The notes beneath the pieces were generated by a model. It had not been told where the DNA came from and made no database searches. It saw only the letters and a program-made list of their open reading frames with translations. From an uncultured Bacillota bacterium (GTDB lineage Bacteria > Bacillota_I > Bacilli_A > RF39 > UBA660), in the NCBI GenBank assembly GCA_947176475.1, contig CAMWQX010000001.1:1-24136 (forward strand): 24,136 nt of DNA. The letters run 5' to 3'. The position numbers were made by a program, and so were the translations under genes. Positions 1-7,828 of the stretch are shown in pieces; the first letter of the stretch is position 1, and every line of letters starts with the position of its first letter.

Positions 1-508
1 AATTAATAAAATAAAATCTAGTGAATATAGAAGATTAGATGATGTTACAAAAAATAAATTAATCTATACAGAAAATCTAGATGTCTTAGACTTTGTAAAA
101 AATCCAATTTTGATTAAAAATAATAATAGGATCGGAGAAATATCAGAAAGAATTCTTCAAAGACTTATCTTAGAAGATATTTCATCATTTCTTAAAGAAT
201 TAGGTAATGGTTTTTGTTTCATTGATAGTGAATATAAAATAAAAATAGGTGATAGATATAACTATATAGACCTTCTTCTTTATAATATTGAATATAATTG
301 CTATGTTGTAATAGAACTAAAGGTAACAGAATTAAAGAAAGAACATATTGGACAAATTCAATTTTATATGAATTACGTTGATAACAATTTGCGAAAAGTA
401 AATCAAGATAAAACAATAGGAATTATTATTTGTAGAAAAAATAACGAATACATTATTGAATATTGTAGTGATGATAGAATAATTGCTAGAGAATATGAAC
501 TTCTTTGA
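1..508 (+). CDS. yhcG: YhcG/DUF1016 family PD-(D/E)XK nuclease-domain protein, 5'-truncated by window edge
   Basis: Frame of ORF 110..508 stays open back to base 2 (INKIKSSEYRRLDD...DFVKNPILI). It carries YhcG C-terminal motifs FLKELGNGFCF, YIDLLLYN...VVIELK (D..ExK catalytic), GQIQFYMNYVD, TIGIIIC and IIAREY. Confidence 0.9.
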   Translation, partial: INKIKSSEYRRLDDVTKNKLIYTENLDVLDFVKNPILIKNNNRIGEISERILQRLILEDISSFLKELGNGFCFIDSEYKIKIGDRYNYIDLLLYNIEYNCYVVIELKVTELKKEHIGQIQFYMNYVDNNLRKVNQDKTIGIIICRKNNEYIIEYCSDDRIIAREYELL

Positions 509-514
509 TAAATA

Positions 515-543
515 TTTCTAGATGTCATATCGTATGTTATAAT
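515..543 (+). promoter_or_regulatory. sigmaA-type promoter with extended -10 for ORF 564
   Basis: TGtTATAAT at 535-543; weak -35 TTTCTA (515-520) at 17-nt spacing; SD-like AGAAGG upstream of ATG 564. Confidence 0.6.
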
Positions 544-563
544 AACCAAAAGAAGGTAATAAT

Positions 564-1337
564 ATGGGAATTTTATATCACGGAAGTAAAGAGCACAATT
601 TAAAAAAACTCGAGCCAAGAAAATCAACGCATGGCACATATGTTTATGCAACACCAGAAAAAGCTTTAGCTGTGCATTTCAGTAAAAGATGTGGCGATGA
701 CTTAACTTATAGCATTGGACACTTCAGCAAAGATGTAGAAGCATGGGAATTAGTCGAAAGAATACCCGGAGCATTCGAAAAAATGTATTCTAATGATTCG
801 TCTATATATACCATCAGTGATGAAACATTTAAAGATATCAAGACGGGATTTCGAGAAGTTGTATCTACAACAGCTGTGGATGTTATAAGCGAAGAATATT
901 ATGCTAGTGTATATGCTGCCATTTTGAAGTTAGAAGAAGAAGGTCAAATTAAAATATATAGATATCCCCATAAACCAAACTCAATACCATTGGATGATTC
1001 TGATCTATTAGATAAATGGCGACATTACAAAAAAAATCTAGGAAGAGAATTTAGTCAGCCAGATTTTGAACGATTAGTATTTTTATATCCTTCTCTTTTG
1101 GATAAAATCAATGAATTAGCTCGTGAATTTCACTATGATATTCACTTATGTGAAAAAGACTTGATTGACATATTCCAAAAAAGAGTCAATAGACAATTAA
1201 GTAATCTTGAACATGAACAATTTATCGATTCTGCATGTCAAAGTATTTGCAATACTTTTCCTGACATTGCCGATGATATTAGCAAGATTTATACGGAATA
1301 TATCGACCAACTAAAGAATAAAAATATAAAATATTAA
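564..1337 (+). CDS. Hypothetical protein with putative ADP-ribosyltransferase-like (H-Y-E class) N-terminal domain
   Basis: 257-aa ORF with SD. N-terminal LYHGS (His6), YVYAT (Tyr28) followed by a helix, and FREVVS (Glu98) match the ART core layout. The C-terminal half is helical and unassigned. The CDS is well supported; the fold call is inferred. Confidence 0.6.
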   Translation: MGILYHGSKEHNLKKLEPRKSTHGTYVYATPEKALAVHFSKRCGDDLTYSIGHFSKDVEAWELVERIPGAFEKMYSNDSSIYTISDETFKDIKTGFREVVSTTAVDVISEEYYASVYAAILKLEEEGQIKIYRYPHKPNSIPLDDSDLLDKWRHYKKNLGREFSQPDFERLVFLYPSLLDKINELAREFHYDIHLCEKDLIDIFQKRVNRQLSNLEHEQFIDSACQSICNTFPDIADDISKIYTEYIDQLKNKNIKY

Positions 1338-1393
1338 AAATAATTTTGCTAAATTAGTCACTTTTTTAATACTTCTACCATAAAATATATTGT

Positions 1394-1407
1394 ACGTTAT
1401 ATAACGT
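1394..1407. repeat. Perfect 14-bp palindrome ACGTTATATAACGT
   Basis: Self-complementary on direct reading; extends imperfectly to TATAT(1386-1390)...ATATA(1410-1414). Confidence 0.85.
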
Positions 1408-1418
1408 TTATATAGATT

Positions 1419-1446
1419 GGAAAGGGGCGCACTCTTTCCTTTTTTA
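1419..1446 (+). terminator. Intrinsic terminator
   Basis: GGAAAGGG-gcgca-CTCTTTCC stem followed by a T-tract. Confidence 0.8.
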
Positions 1447-1475
1447 TTGACTAAATATAAATAATGATATAAAAT
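1447..1475 (+). promoter_or_regulatory. sigmaA-type promoter for ORF 1502
   Basis: TTGACT (1447-1452) with TAAAAT at 17 nt (1470-1475) or TGnTATAAA at 15 nt (1468-1473); SD GGGGAGG before ATG 1502. Confidence 0.7.
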
Positions 1476-1501
1476 AATCAACCACAAAAGGGGGAGGCAA
1501 T

Positions 1502-2227
1502 ATGGGAAAATTTTCCAAAGAACAAGTTTTGCAGTTTACCAAGGCTTTTAATGAGTATATTGAAAAATATGGAGACTTATATCCCAAAGAAGCTCTTGAA
1601 TATATTAAAAGTCACTTTTTGGGAGATGAATTCAAAAATGGCATAGCTGTCGATATAATGAGTCAGATATATGAGGAAATTGGTGTATACGAAGCGGTTG
1701 GTAATACCATTTATAGTAATTATTTAGAATACCTAAAAAAACATTATGATATTAATCGTCATCTTTTAGACGTTGGATGTGGTTTTTATCCATCGTTTGC
1801 CAAAAAGGTCGCAGCATCTCAAACAAGTGGCTCTGTTAAAGCTATTGATTACGACGTTATAACTACAGATGTTCCAGGTATAACCGTTGAACGTGCCGAA
1901 TTTGATACCGACTATGATGTATCAGACATTGACTTTATTTATGGCTTAGAACCATGTGAAGCTGTTACGGATATGATAAAATCTGCCAATGCTCATAATC
2001 TCGATTTATGCATATGTATGTGTGGATGTACACATTTTAATATATCATTTAGATATAATGTTTATAATACTTATCGTTATTGGTTAGATTATGTAATAGG
2101 TGTAATGGAAAGTACACTTCCAGATGATCGAGATTATATAATGGAATATACGAATTTTATTCAATATCCCATATTTAGAACTTATAAGAAGAAAACGTTA
2201 ATTCAAACCCCAAAAATAATAATTTAA
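1502..2227 (+). CDS. Putative class I SAM-dependent methyltransferase-like protein
   Basis: 241 aa with strong SD. Motif I LLDVGCG, acidic motif II (VKAIDYD), beta-strand DFIYGLEPCEA and Cys cluster CICMCGC. Substrate unknown. Confidence 0.65.
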   Translation: MGKFSKEQVLQFTKAFNEYIEKYGDLYPKEALEYIKSHFLGDEFKNGIAVDIMSQIYEEIGVYEAVGNTIYSNYLEYLKKHYDINRHLLDVGCGFYPSFAKKVAASQTSGSVKAIDYDVITTDVPGITVERAEFDTDYDVSDIDFIYGLEPCEAVTDMIKSANAHNLDLCICMCGCTHFNISFRYNVYNTYRYWLDYVIGVMESTLPDDRDYIMEYTNFIQYPIFRTYKKKTLIQTPKIII

Positions 2228-2236
2228 AATAAACTA

Positions 2237-2266
2237 TTGCATTTACTCATACTTTTAGTATATAAT
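2237..2266 (+). promoter_or_regulatory. rpsO sigmaA promoter
   Basis: TTGCAT-N18-TATAAT. Confidence 0.75.
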
Positions 2267-2271
2267 GTATT

Positions 2272-2345
2272 AGTAAGTTTTTACTCGGTTTGGAAAATCT
2301 CCGATTTCTTTCTGAGTTAAAACGGTAAAATATATAATAGGAGGT
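2272..2345 (+). promoter_or_regulatory. Putative S15 (rpsO) autoregulatory leader RNA
   Basis: Outer stem GTTTTTACTCGG (2277-2288)/CTGAGTTAAAAC (2312-2323) encloses an inner hairpin TTGGA-aaatc-TCCGA. Its layout resembles the Firmicutes S15 leader (from memory) and it lies between promoter and SD. Confidence 0.6.
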
Positions 2346-2354
2346 AAAATTAAC

Positions 2355-2624
2355 ATGGCTGTAACTAAAGAAAGAAAAGCAGAATTAGTTAAAGAATTTG
2401 GTAAATCAGAAACTGATACTGGTGCTACTGAAGTACAAATCGCTATTCTTACTGAAGAAATTAGAGATTTAACAGAACACTTAAAAGTACATATTCATGA
2501 TTACCATTCTAAAAGAGGGTTAATGATGAAGGTTGGTAAAAGACGTAGTTTACTTGACTATTTAAAAGCAAACAATGTTGAATCATATCGTACATTAATC
2601 GAAAAATTAAATATAAGAAAGTAG
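2355..2624 (+). CDS. rpsO: 30S ribosomal protein S15 (uS15)
   Basis: 89 aa; [36 protein letters not shown]. Confidence 0.99.
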   Translation: MAVTKERKAELVKEFGKSETDTGATEVQIAILTEEIRDLTEHLKVHIHDYHSKRGLMMKVGKRRSLLDYLKANNVESYRTLIEKLNIRK

Positions 2625-2652
2625 GCGCTAATTTTTTTAGTGTCTTTTTCTT
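2624..2652 (+). terminator. Intrinsic terminator/attenuator between rpsO and pnp
   Basis: GGCGCTAA-loop-TTAGTGTC stem (two G-U pairs) followed by TTTTT. Confidence 0.6.
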
Positions 2653-2676
2653 TTATAGAATAGTGAGGTAGTATAA

Positions 2677-4896
2677 ATGACAAAAAAAGTATTTGAAATG
2701 GATTTTAGAGGAAGGAAACTAGTTGTCGAACATGGTGAAGTTGCCAAACAAGCGCATGGCGCAGTATTAGTAAGATATGGTGATACTGTAATCCTTTCAA
2801 CAGCTGTTGTTGGAAACAATGCCAATATCCTAAGTGATTTCTTTCCATTAATGGTTTTATACCAAGAAAAATTATATTCCGTAGGAAAAATTCCTGGTGG
2901 ATTTATTAAAAGAGAAGGTCGTCCTACCGATGCTGCAACCTTAGCTGCTCGTATGATTGACCGTCCAATGCGTCCAATGTTCCCAGAAAATTTTAGAAAT
3001 GAAGTGCAAATTGTTAATACTGTTTTATCAGTTGATCCTGATAATTCTCCAGAACTAACAGCAATGTTTGGCTCATCACTTGCAACAACTATTTCTAAGA
3101 TTCCTTTTGACGGTCCAATTGCTGGTGTTAAAGTTGGTCGTGTAAATGGTAAGTTTGTTATCAACCCAACAACTGATGAAATGGAAGTATCTGATATTGA
3201 CTTAACTGTTGCAGGAACCAAGAAAGCTATTAATATGGTTGAGGCTGGTGCCAAAGAAGCAAGCGAAGAAGATATGCTAGAAGCTTTAATGTTTGGTCAT
3301 GAAGCTGTTAAAGAATTATGTGAATTCCAAGAGAAGATTGCCTCTGAAATTGGTGAATCTAAGATGGAATATGAAAAATTGGAAATTGAAGATGAATTAA
3401 GAAGTGCCGTATACGAATTAGCAGCTGACAAATTAAATAAAGCATTGAGAATTAAAGAGAAATTGGAAATGTATGCTGCAGTTGATGAAATCAAGGAAAG
3501 TGTAATTGCTAAATACGAAGAAGAAAATGCCGACTTAGATAAGGAAGAATTAACCATTCTTACTACTAAAATTAAGTTAATTTTAGAATCAATAGAATAT
3601 GACATTTTCCGTTCTATTACGGTTGATGAGAAAACTCGTGCTGATGGAAGAGCAATGGATGAAATAAGACCATTATCTACAGCAATTGATCTATTACCAA
3701 GAACTCATGGTTCTGCTCTATTTACAAGAGGAGAAACGCAAGCCTTAGCTGTAACAACACTAGGTGCCTTAAATGAATACCAAGTTTTAGATGGTGTAAG
3801 CTTAGAAGCTGAAAAGCACTTCATGTTACATTATAACTTTCCAGCATTCTCTGTTGGAGAAACTGGTCGCTATGGTTCTCCAGGACGAAGAGAAATCGGA
3901 CATGGTGCATTAGGTGAAAGATGTTTAAAACAAGTAATGCCTTCTGAAGAAGAATTTCCATACACCGTTCGTGTTGTATCAGAAATACTAGAATCAAATG
4001 GTTCATCAAGCCAAGCAACAATCTGTGCTGGATGTATGTCTCTAATGGCCGCAGGTGTTCCAATTAAAGCACCTGTTGCTGGTATTGCTATGGGACTTAT
4101 TACAAGTAAAGATGAAAGTGCTTATACCATATTAACTGATATTCAAGGTATGGAAGATCACTTAGGAGATATGGACTTTAAAGTAGGTGGAACAAGAGAA
4201 GGTATTTGTTCCCTACAAATGGATATCAAGATTAAAGGCATAACTAAAGATATCTTAAAAGAGGCATTAGCACAAGCTAAAAAAGCTCGTATGGAAATCT
4301 TAGATGTTATGGAAGCACAAATTGCTAAACCAAGAGAAGATGTATCTGAATATGCTCCTAAGACTGAAACATTCATGATTAATCCTGATCGTATCAAAGA
4401 AGTTATCGGTAAAGGTGGAGAAACAATTACTAAGATTATCTTAGAAGCATCTAATGTTAAAACAGTTCAAGATAAAGATGCTGTTAAAGTTGACTTAAAT
4501 GATGACGGTCAAGTAATCATCTATCATACTAACCGTGAAATAATTAATAAGACAGCTGAAATGATTAAAAATATCGTTCGCGAAGTTGAACCAGGTGTTA
4601 AATATACTGCTAAAGTTGTTAAGGTTGAAGATTTCGGATGCTTTGTTCAACTATGGCCAGGATGTGAAGGGCTAGTTCATGTTTCTCAACTTGCTCATGA
4701 AAGAGTAGAGAAAGTTTCTGACGTTGTAAAAGTTGGCGATGAAATTATCGTTATGTCCCAAGGATATGACAATCGTGGACGTCTAAATTTATCTCGTAAA
4801 GATGCCCTACCTAAACCTGTTAAAAAGGAAAGTGTTGAGAGCAAGAAAAAAGAGAAAATTGAAGAAGTAAAGGAAGAAAAAGAAACAAATGAATAG
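2677..4896 (+). CDS. pnp: Polyribonucleotide nucleotidyltransferase (PNPase)
   Basis: 739 aa; two RNase PH domains ([23 protein letters not shown], catalytic [11 protein letters not shown]), KH domain (VIGKGG) and S1 domain (EGLVHVSQL); canonical position after rpsO. Confidence 0.99.
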   Translation: MTKKVFEMDFRGRKLVVEHGEVAKQAHGAVLVRYGDTVILSTAVVGNNANILSDFFPLMVLYQEKLYSVGKIPGGFIKREGRPTDAATLAARMIDRPMRPMFPENFRNEVQIVNTVLSVDPDNSPELTAMFGSSLATTISKIPFDGPIAGVKVGRVNGKFVINPTTDEMEVSDIDLTVAGTKKAINMVEAGAKEASEEDMLEALMFGHEAVKELCEFQEKIASEIGESKMEYEKLEIEDELRSAVYELAADKLNKALRIKEKLEMYAAVDEIKESVIAKYEEENADLDKEELTILTTKIKLILESIEYDIFRSITVDEKTRADGRAMDEIRPLSTAIDLLPRTHGSALFTRGETQALAVTTLGALNEYQVLDGVSLEAEKHFMLHYNFPAFSVGETGRYGSPGRREIGHGALGERCLKQVMPSEEEFPYTVRVVSEILESNGSSSQATICAGCMSLMAAGVPIKAPVAGIAMGLITSKDESAYTILTDIQGMEDHLGDMDFKVGGTREGICSLQMDIKIKGITKDILKEALAQAKKARMEILDVMEAQIAKPREDVSEYAPKTETFMINPDRIKEVIGKGGETITKIILEASNVKTVQDKDAVKVDLNDDGQVIIYHTNREIINKTAEMIKNIVREVEPGVKYTAKVVKVEDFGCFVQLWPGCEGLVHVSQLAHERVEKVSDVVKVGDEIIVMSQGYDNRGRLNLSRKDALPKPVKKESVESKKKEKIEEVKEEKETNE

Positions 4897-5125
4897 AGAA
4901 GTTAAAGCTAATCAAATATATCGTCACTTTAAAGGAACAATGCATAAAATAATATGTGTTGCTAAAGACTCCGAAACTTTGGCGGATGTCGTAGTATATA
5001 CTCACGAAGAAGATGGCGAAATTTGGGTAAGACCATTAGATATGTTTTTATCCGAAGTTGATCACGAAAAATATCCCGATATTGAACAAACCTATCGCTT
5101 CGAACTTGTAGAGGAAACAGACTAG
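4889..5125 (+). CDS. DUF1653 domain protein
   Basis: YRHFKG, AKDSET...[17 protein letters not shown] and YRFE are the DUF1653 motifs; 8-nt overlap with the pnp stop. Confidence 0.9.
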   Translation: MNREVKANQIYRHFKGTMHKIICVAKDSETLADVVVYTHEEDGEIWVRPLDMFLSEVDHEKYPDIEQTYRFELVEETD

Positions 5126-5138
5126 TTTCCTCTTTTTT
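5110..5138 (+). terminator. Intrinsic terminator of pnp-DUF1653
   Basis: Perfect 9-bp stem AGAGGAAAC-agacta-GTTTCCTCT plus T-tract, overlapping the stop codon. Confidence 0.9.
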
Positions 5139-5238
5139 ATAAAAAAATTGTCGTAATGAGAAAAAATATAGCATAATTTGATTTTTTATGTTATATTTAT
5201 TATAGTTGAAGGTAAAATAATAAAAGGAGTGATAAAGG

Positions 5239-6180
5239 ATGAAAAAAATAATGGCTATTATTACAATGATAATGCTTGTAATTCCGTTCACAATGGTTAA
5301 GGCTATTAATGATCCAAATTGTAATGAGAATGGTTCATGTTATGAATATAAAAGAGGTGAGGAAGTTAACTTCTACACTCATCAAGGTGATACAACAGGA
5401 ACAAGAACAATTATTCTTGAAGACCTAGGAAAGACAGATAAATTTGTTAAAGTATGGGCAACTGGATACTCATATGATCATAGTCTTCCTTATTGTGAAG
5501 CTATCGATGGAGATTGTACAGTATTTACTAATATGCCAGGATATAAAGGTGGCGGACAAGCTCCAGGACTTTTAGGAAGTATCAATGCTAACGCTGCTGG
5601 TTTTGCTTATGCTAAACCAATTCAAGAAGAGGGAAATCTAACACTAATTACCCTAAATGACCTAATTGATTTATTTGGTGCTACAAAAGATGGGGACAAA
5701 TATACAATAGACGTTGCTACTTGGGGATCTACAATGGCTTCTTTCGAAACCCAAAAAGAAGGGTTGTACACTCAAACTGTTGAAAAAGAAGGCGACAACT
5801 ATTATATTTGGGTTTTAAAATTCCCTAAAAATGAAAATCGTGAAGTAACATCTATTACTATCGAAAGAGAACTAACAAGCAGTGCAACAACTTATGCTTA
5901 TGTTCCAGTAGTATATCTAGATAAGACATATGACTGTGTAGACAGAGAAAATAAAGAAGATTACTCATGCTATTCATGTGATGAAGAATATAGATGGTTA
6001 ACAGTAGGAACTCAACCTGAATCTTGTACTTTAATAGAAGACATCACTAGAGAATCTGCTTGTGTAAAAAGTCCAAAAACTGGAGTTGAAGACTACATTT
6101 TAGAATTTGTTATTATCGCATCTATATGTGGAGTAGCATTATATCTAGTTAAGAAAAAAGACTTATTTAGAGGAATTTAA
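5239..6180 (+). CDS. Secreted Cys-rich surface protein with sortase-type sorting signal (SPKTG)
   Basis: Sec signal peptide MKKIMAIITMIMLVIPFTMVKA; C-terminal SPKTG (6070-6084), then a hydrophobic helix and KKK tail; nine Cys in the predicted mature region. Confidence 0.8.
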   Translation: MKKIMAIITMIMLVIPFTMVKAINDPNCNENGSCYEYKRGEEVNFYTHQGDTTGTRTIILEDLGKTDKFVKVWATGYSYDHSLPYCEAIDGDCTVFTNMPGYKGGGQAPGLLGSINANAAGFAYAKPIQEEGNLTLITLNDLIDLFGATKDGDKYTIDVATWGSTMASFETQKEGLYTQTVEKEGDNYYIWVLKFPKNENREVTSITIERELTSSATTYAYVPVVYLDKTYDCVDRENKEDYSCYSCDEEYRWLTVGTQPESCTLIEDITRESACVKSPKTGVEDYILEFVIIASICGVALYLVKKKDLFRGI

Positions 6181-6190
6181 TAAAAAAATG

Positions 6191-6216
6191 ACAGTTCGTA
6201 AATGAACTGTTTTTTT
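6191..6216 (+). terminator. Intrinsic terminator
   Basis: ACAGTTC-gtaaat-GAACTGT followed by T6, with an A-tract upstream (possibly bidirectional). Confidence 0.88.
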
Positions 6217-6217
6217 C

Positions 6218-6260
6218 TTGCATTTTATCTATTGACAATTAGTATAATATATTATAATAT
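6218..6260 (+). promoter_or_regulatory. Overlapping sigmaA-type promoter elements for ORF 6291
   Basis: TTGCAT (6218) and TTGACA (6232) with TATAAT at 6243 and 6253; spacings of 19 and 15 nt, or 17 nt to TAATAT at 6255. Confidence 0.6.
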
Positions 6261-6290
6261 GGAATTCGGCAACAAGAAGAGGGATAAAAA

Positions 6291-6992
6291 ATGAAATTAC
6301 AACATATTAGGCAGTCTTTAGATGATATCAAGAAAGATGACCTAATTATTCTAGAAGAATTAAAAGTAAAAATAGATGCTTTAGAGCATTCTTTAAATAA
6401 AAAATATATAGAATTAGATCAAATAGAAACAAGAAAAGCAATTATTAACAATATACTTAGTATTAAAGAAAACAAAAGAAGTCTTTTTAGGGTTTTACGA
6501 CCTCTTTTAGAATTTGCACTCATGATTTTAGCATCAGTACTGATTGTTATGTCCATAGAATCATTATCTGTTTTCATAATATTACTCGCTTGTTTTATTT
6601 TGGGGTTATCAACAGATGCATTAAATATCATTCAACAAGATTATATTAAAATTACCGAAGAAAATGATTCTATCATAAGAATAATTATATCTGCCTTGTA
6701 CAATATTACTAAAAAAAGAAACATCTTATCCATTGATATGGATGAATATCTATCAGCTGAAGAAATAATAAATTCGGAAATCAAAAAGATGGAAGCTGAA
6801 ATGAGTAAAAACCGCAGTCAACATGATAGCATAAAAGAAGAAATTAGTTTCTTAGAGGGAAATGCAACCGCGGTCAATTGGCTTATTAACAAATATAATT
6901 TTGAAGAAATGCCAAATGAAAATCCTTTAGTTCGCTTCATTGAAGATAAAAAAGAATTAAAGAAAGTTGTCCCCACAGCCAACTCGTATTAG
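6291..6992 (+). CDS. Hypothetical membrane protein (coiled coil - two TM helices - coiled coil)
   Basis: 233 aa, SD AGAGGG; central hydrophobic segment LLEFALMILASVLIVMSIESLSVFIILLACFILGL flanked by heptad-like charged helices. Confidence 0.75.
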   Translation: MKLQHIRQSLDDIKKDDLIILEELKVKIDALEHSLNKKYIELDQIETRKAIINNILSIKENKRSLFRVLRPLLEFALMILASVLIVMSIESLSVFIILLACFILGLSTDALNIIQQDYIKITEENDSIIRIIISALYNITKKRNILSIDMDEYLSAEEIINSEIKKMEAEMSKNRSQHDSIKEEISFLEGNATAVNWLINKYNFEEMPNENPLVRFIEDKKELKKVVPTANSY

Positions 6993-7021
6993 TTGAAAAA
7001 GAAGTCCACTCATGCTATAAT
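6993..7021 (+). promoter_or_regulatory. sigmaA promoter with extended -10 for the glucosaminidase gene
   Basis: TTGAAA-N17-TATAAT with TG at 7013-7014. Confidence 0.85.
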
Positions 7022-7052
7022 ATTAACATATTAAAAGAATAGAGGTTTTATT

Positions 7053-7778
7053 GTGACTTTTAAATACGGAAAACAAATAGGTATTGGCGTAGCTACATTT
7101 GTTTTAGCCATTATACTTGTTTTTGGAATAAATAGATACTTATTGAGCAATCGTAATAGTACAGTTAATAGTTCAGTGTCTCATCAAAATACAGAGCTTA
7201 ACAAACCCAATATTGCAACAACAGAAGCTATTAAAAAGGCGGAAAATTCTTTGACCAACGTCATTACAAGTGGTTATGATGATTTAGAAGAATTTGTTGA
7301 TGTTGAACCATCTAAATATCCCTATTTAGTAGCTCCAACATTTGAAGATGACGGTTCTATTATATATGATGGTATGACATTGACGGAGTTAACTGATTTA
7401 TTGAACAAATCATTAGGTTCTTATATGACTAATACTGGTTATTTCTTTGCTAACTATACAAAGCGAACAGGAATAAACCCATACTTAAGTGTAGCTATCG
7501 TCTTATTAGAGACTGGATGCAAATGGAAATGTTCTACATTAACTGTTGAATGTAATAACATTGGTGGTCTAAAGGGAAGCGGATCTTGTCGTGGTGGAAG
7601 TTATAGCAAATATAATTCTTTAGATGAAGGAATAACTTCTTATCTAGATATTATTTATAAAAACTATTACTTAAAAGGATTAGATACACCAGATAAAATG
7701 GCAAGCAAATATGCTGCTAGCAGTGAGTGGTCAAATAAAGTAAATACATATATTAATGAAATAAAGTCTAAGCAATAG
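7053..7778 (+). CDS. Membrane-anchored glucosaminidase-domain (GH73-like) peptidoglycan hydrolase
   Basis: GTG start with SD AGAGGT; N-terminal TM helix; catalytic-domain motifs GINPYLSVAIVLLETG, NNIGGL, YNSLDEGI and KYA..SEW..KV. Confidence 0.85.
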   Translation: MTFKYGKQIGIGVATFVLAIILVFGINRYLLSNRNSTVNSSVSHQNTELNKPNIATTEAIKKAENSLTNVITSGYDDLEEFVDVEPSKYPYLVAPTFEDDGSIIYDGMTLTELTDLLNKSLGSYMTNTGYFFANYTKRTGINPYLSVAIVLLETGCKWKCSTLTVECNNIGGLKGSGSCRGGSYSKYNSLDEGITSYLDIIYKNYYLKGLDTPDKMASKYAASSEWSNKVNTYINEIKSKQ

Positions 7779-7791
7779 GCTTTATTTTTTT
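7761..7791 (+). terminator. Intrinsic terminator
   Basis: ATAAAGTCT-aagcaat-AGGCTTTAT plus T-tract, overlapping the stop. Confidence 0.75.
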
Positions 7792-7828
7792 ATTATTTAT
7801 TGTTATACTTATTATAGTAGGTGGTTAT

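Noticed and set aside
1367-1450. Possible small peptide gene in the palindrome region
   Set aside because: The open stretch from about 1370 to 1450 has no plausible start with an SD and runs through the terminator.
2637-3254. 205-aa minus-strand ORF and the other antisense ORFs over pnp (3297, 3821, 4158, 4820)
   Set aside because: Shadows of a conserved + strand gene; no SD or promoter seen and no recognisable motifs.
4962-5291. 109-aa minus-strand hydrophobic ORF
   Set aside because: Overlaps DUF1653, a terminator and the 5239 gene start; hydrophobicity comes from AT-rich intergenic DNA.
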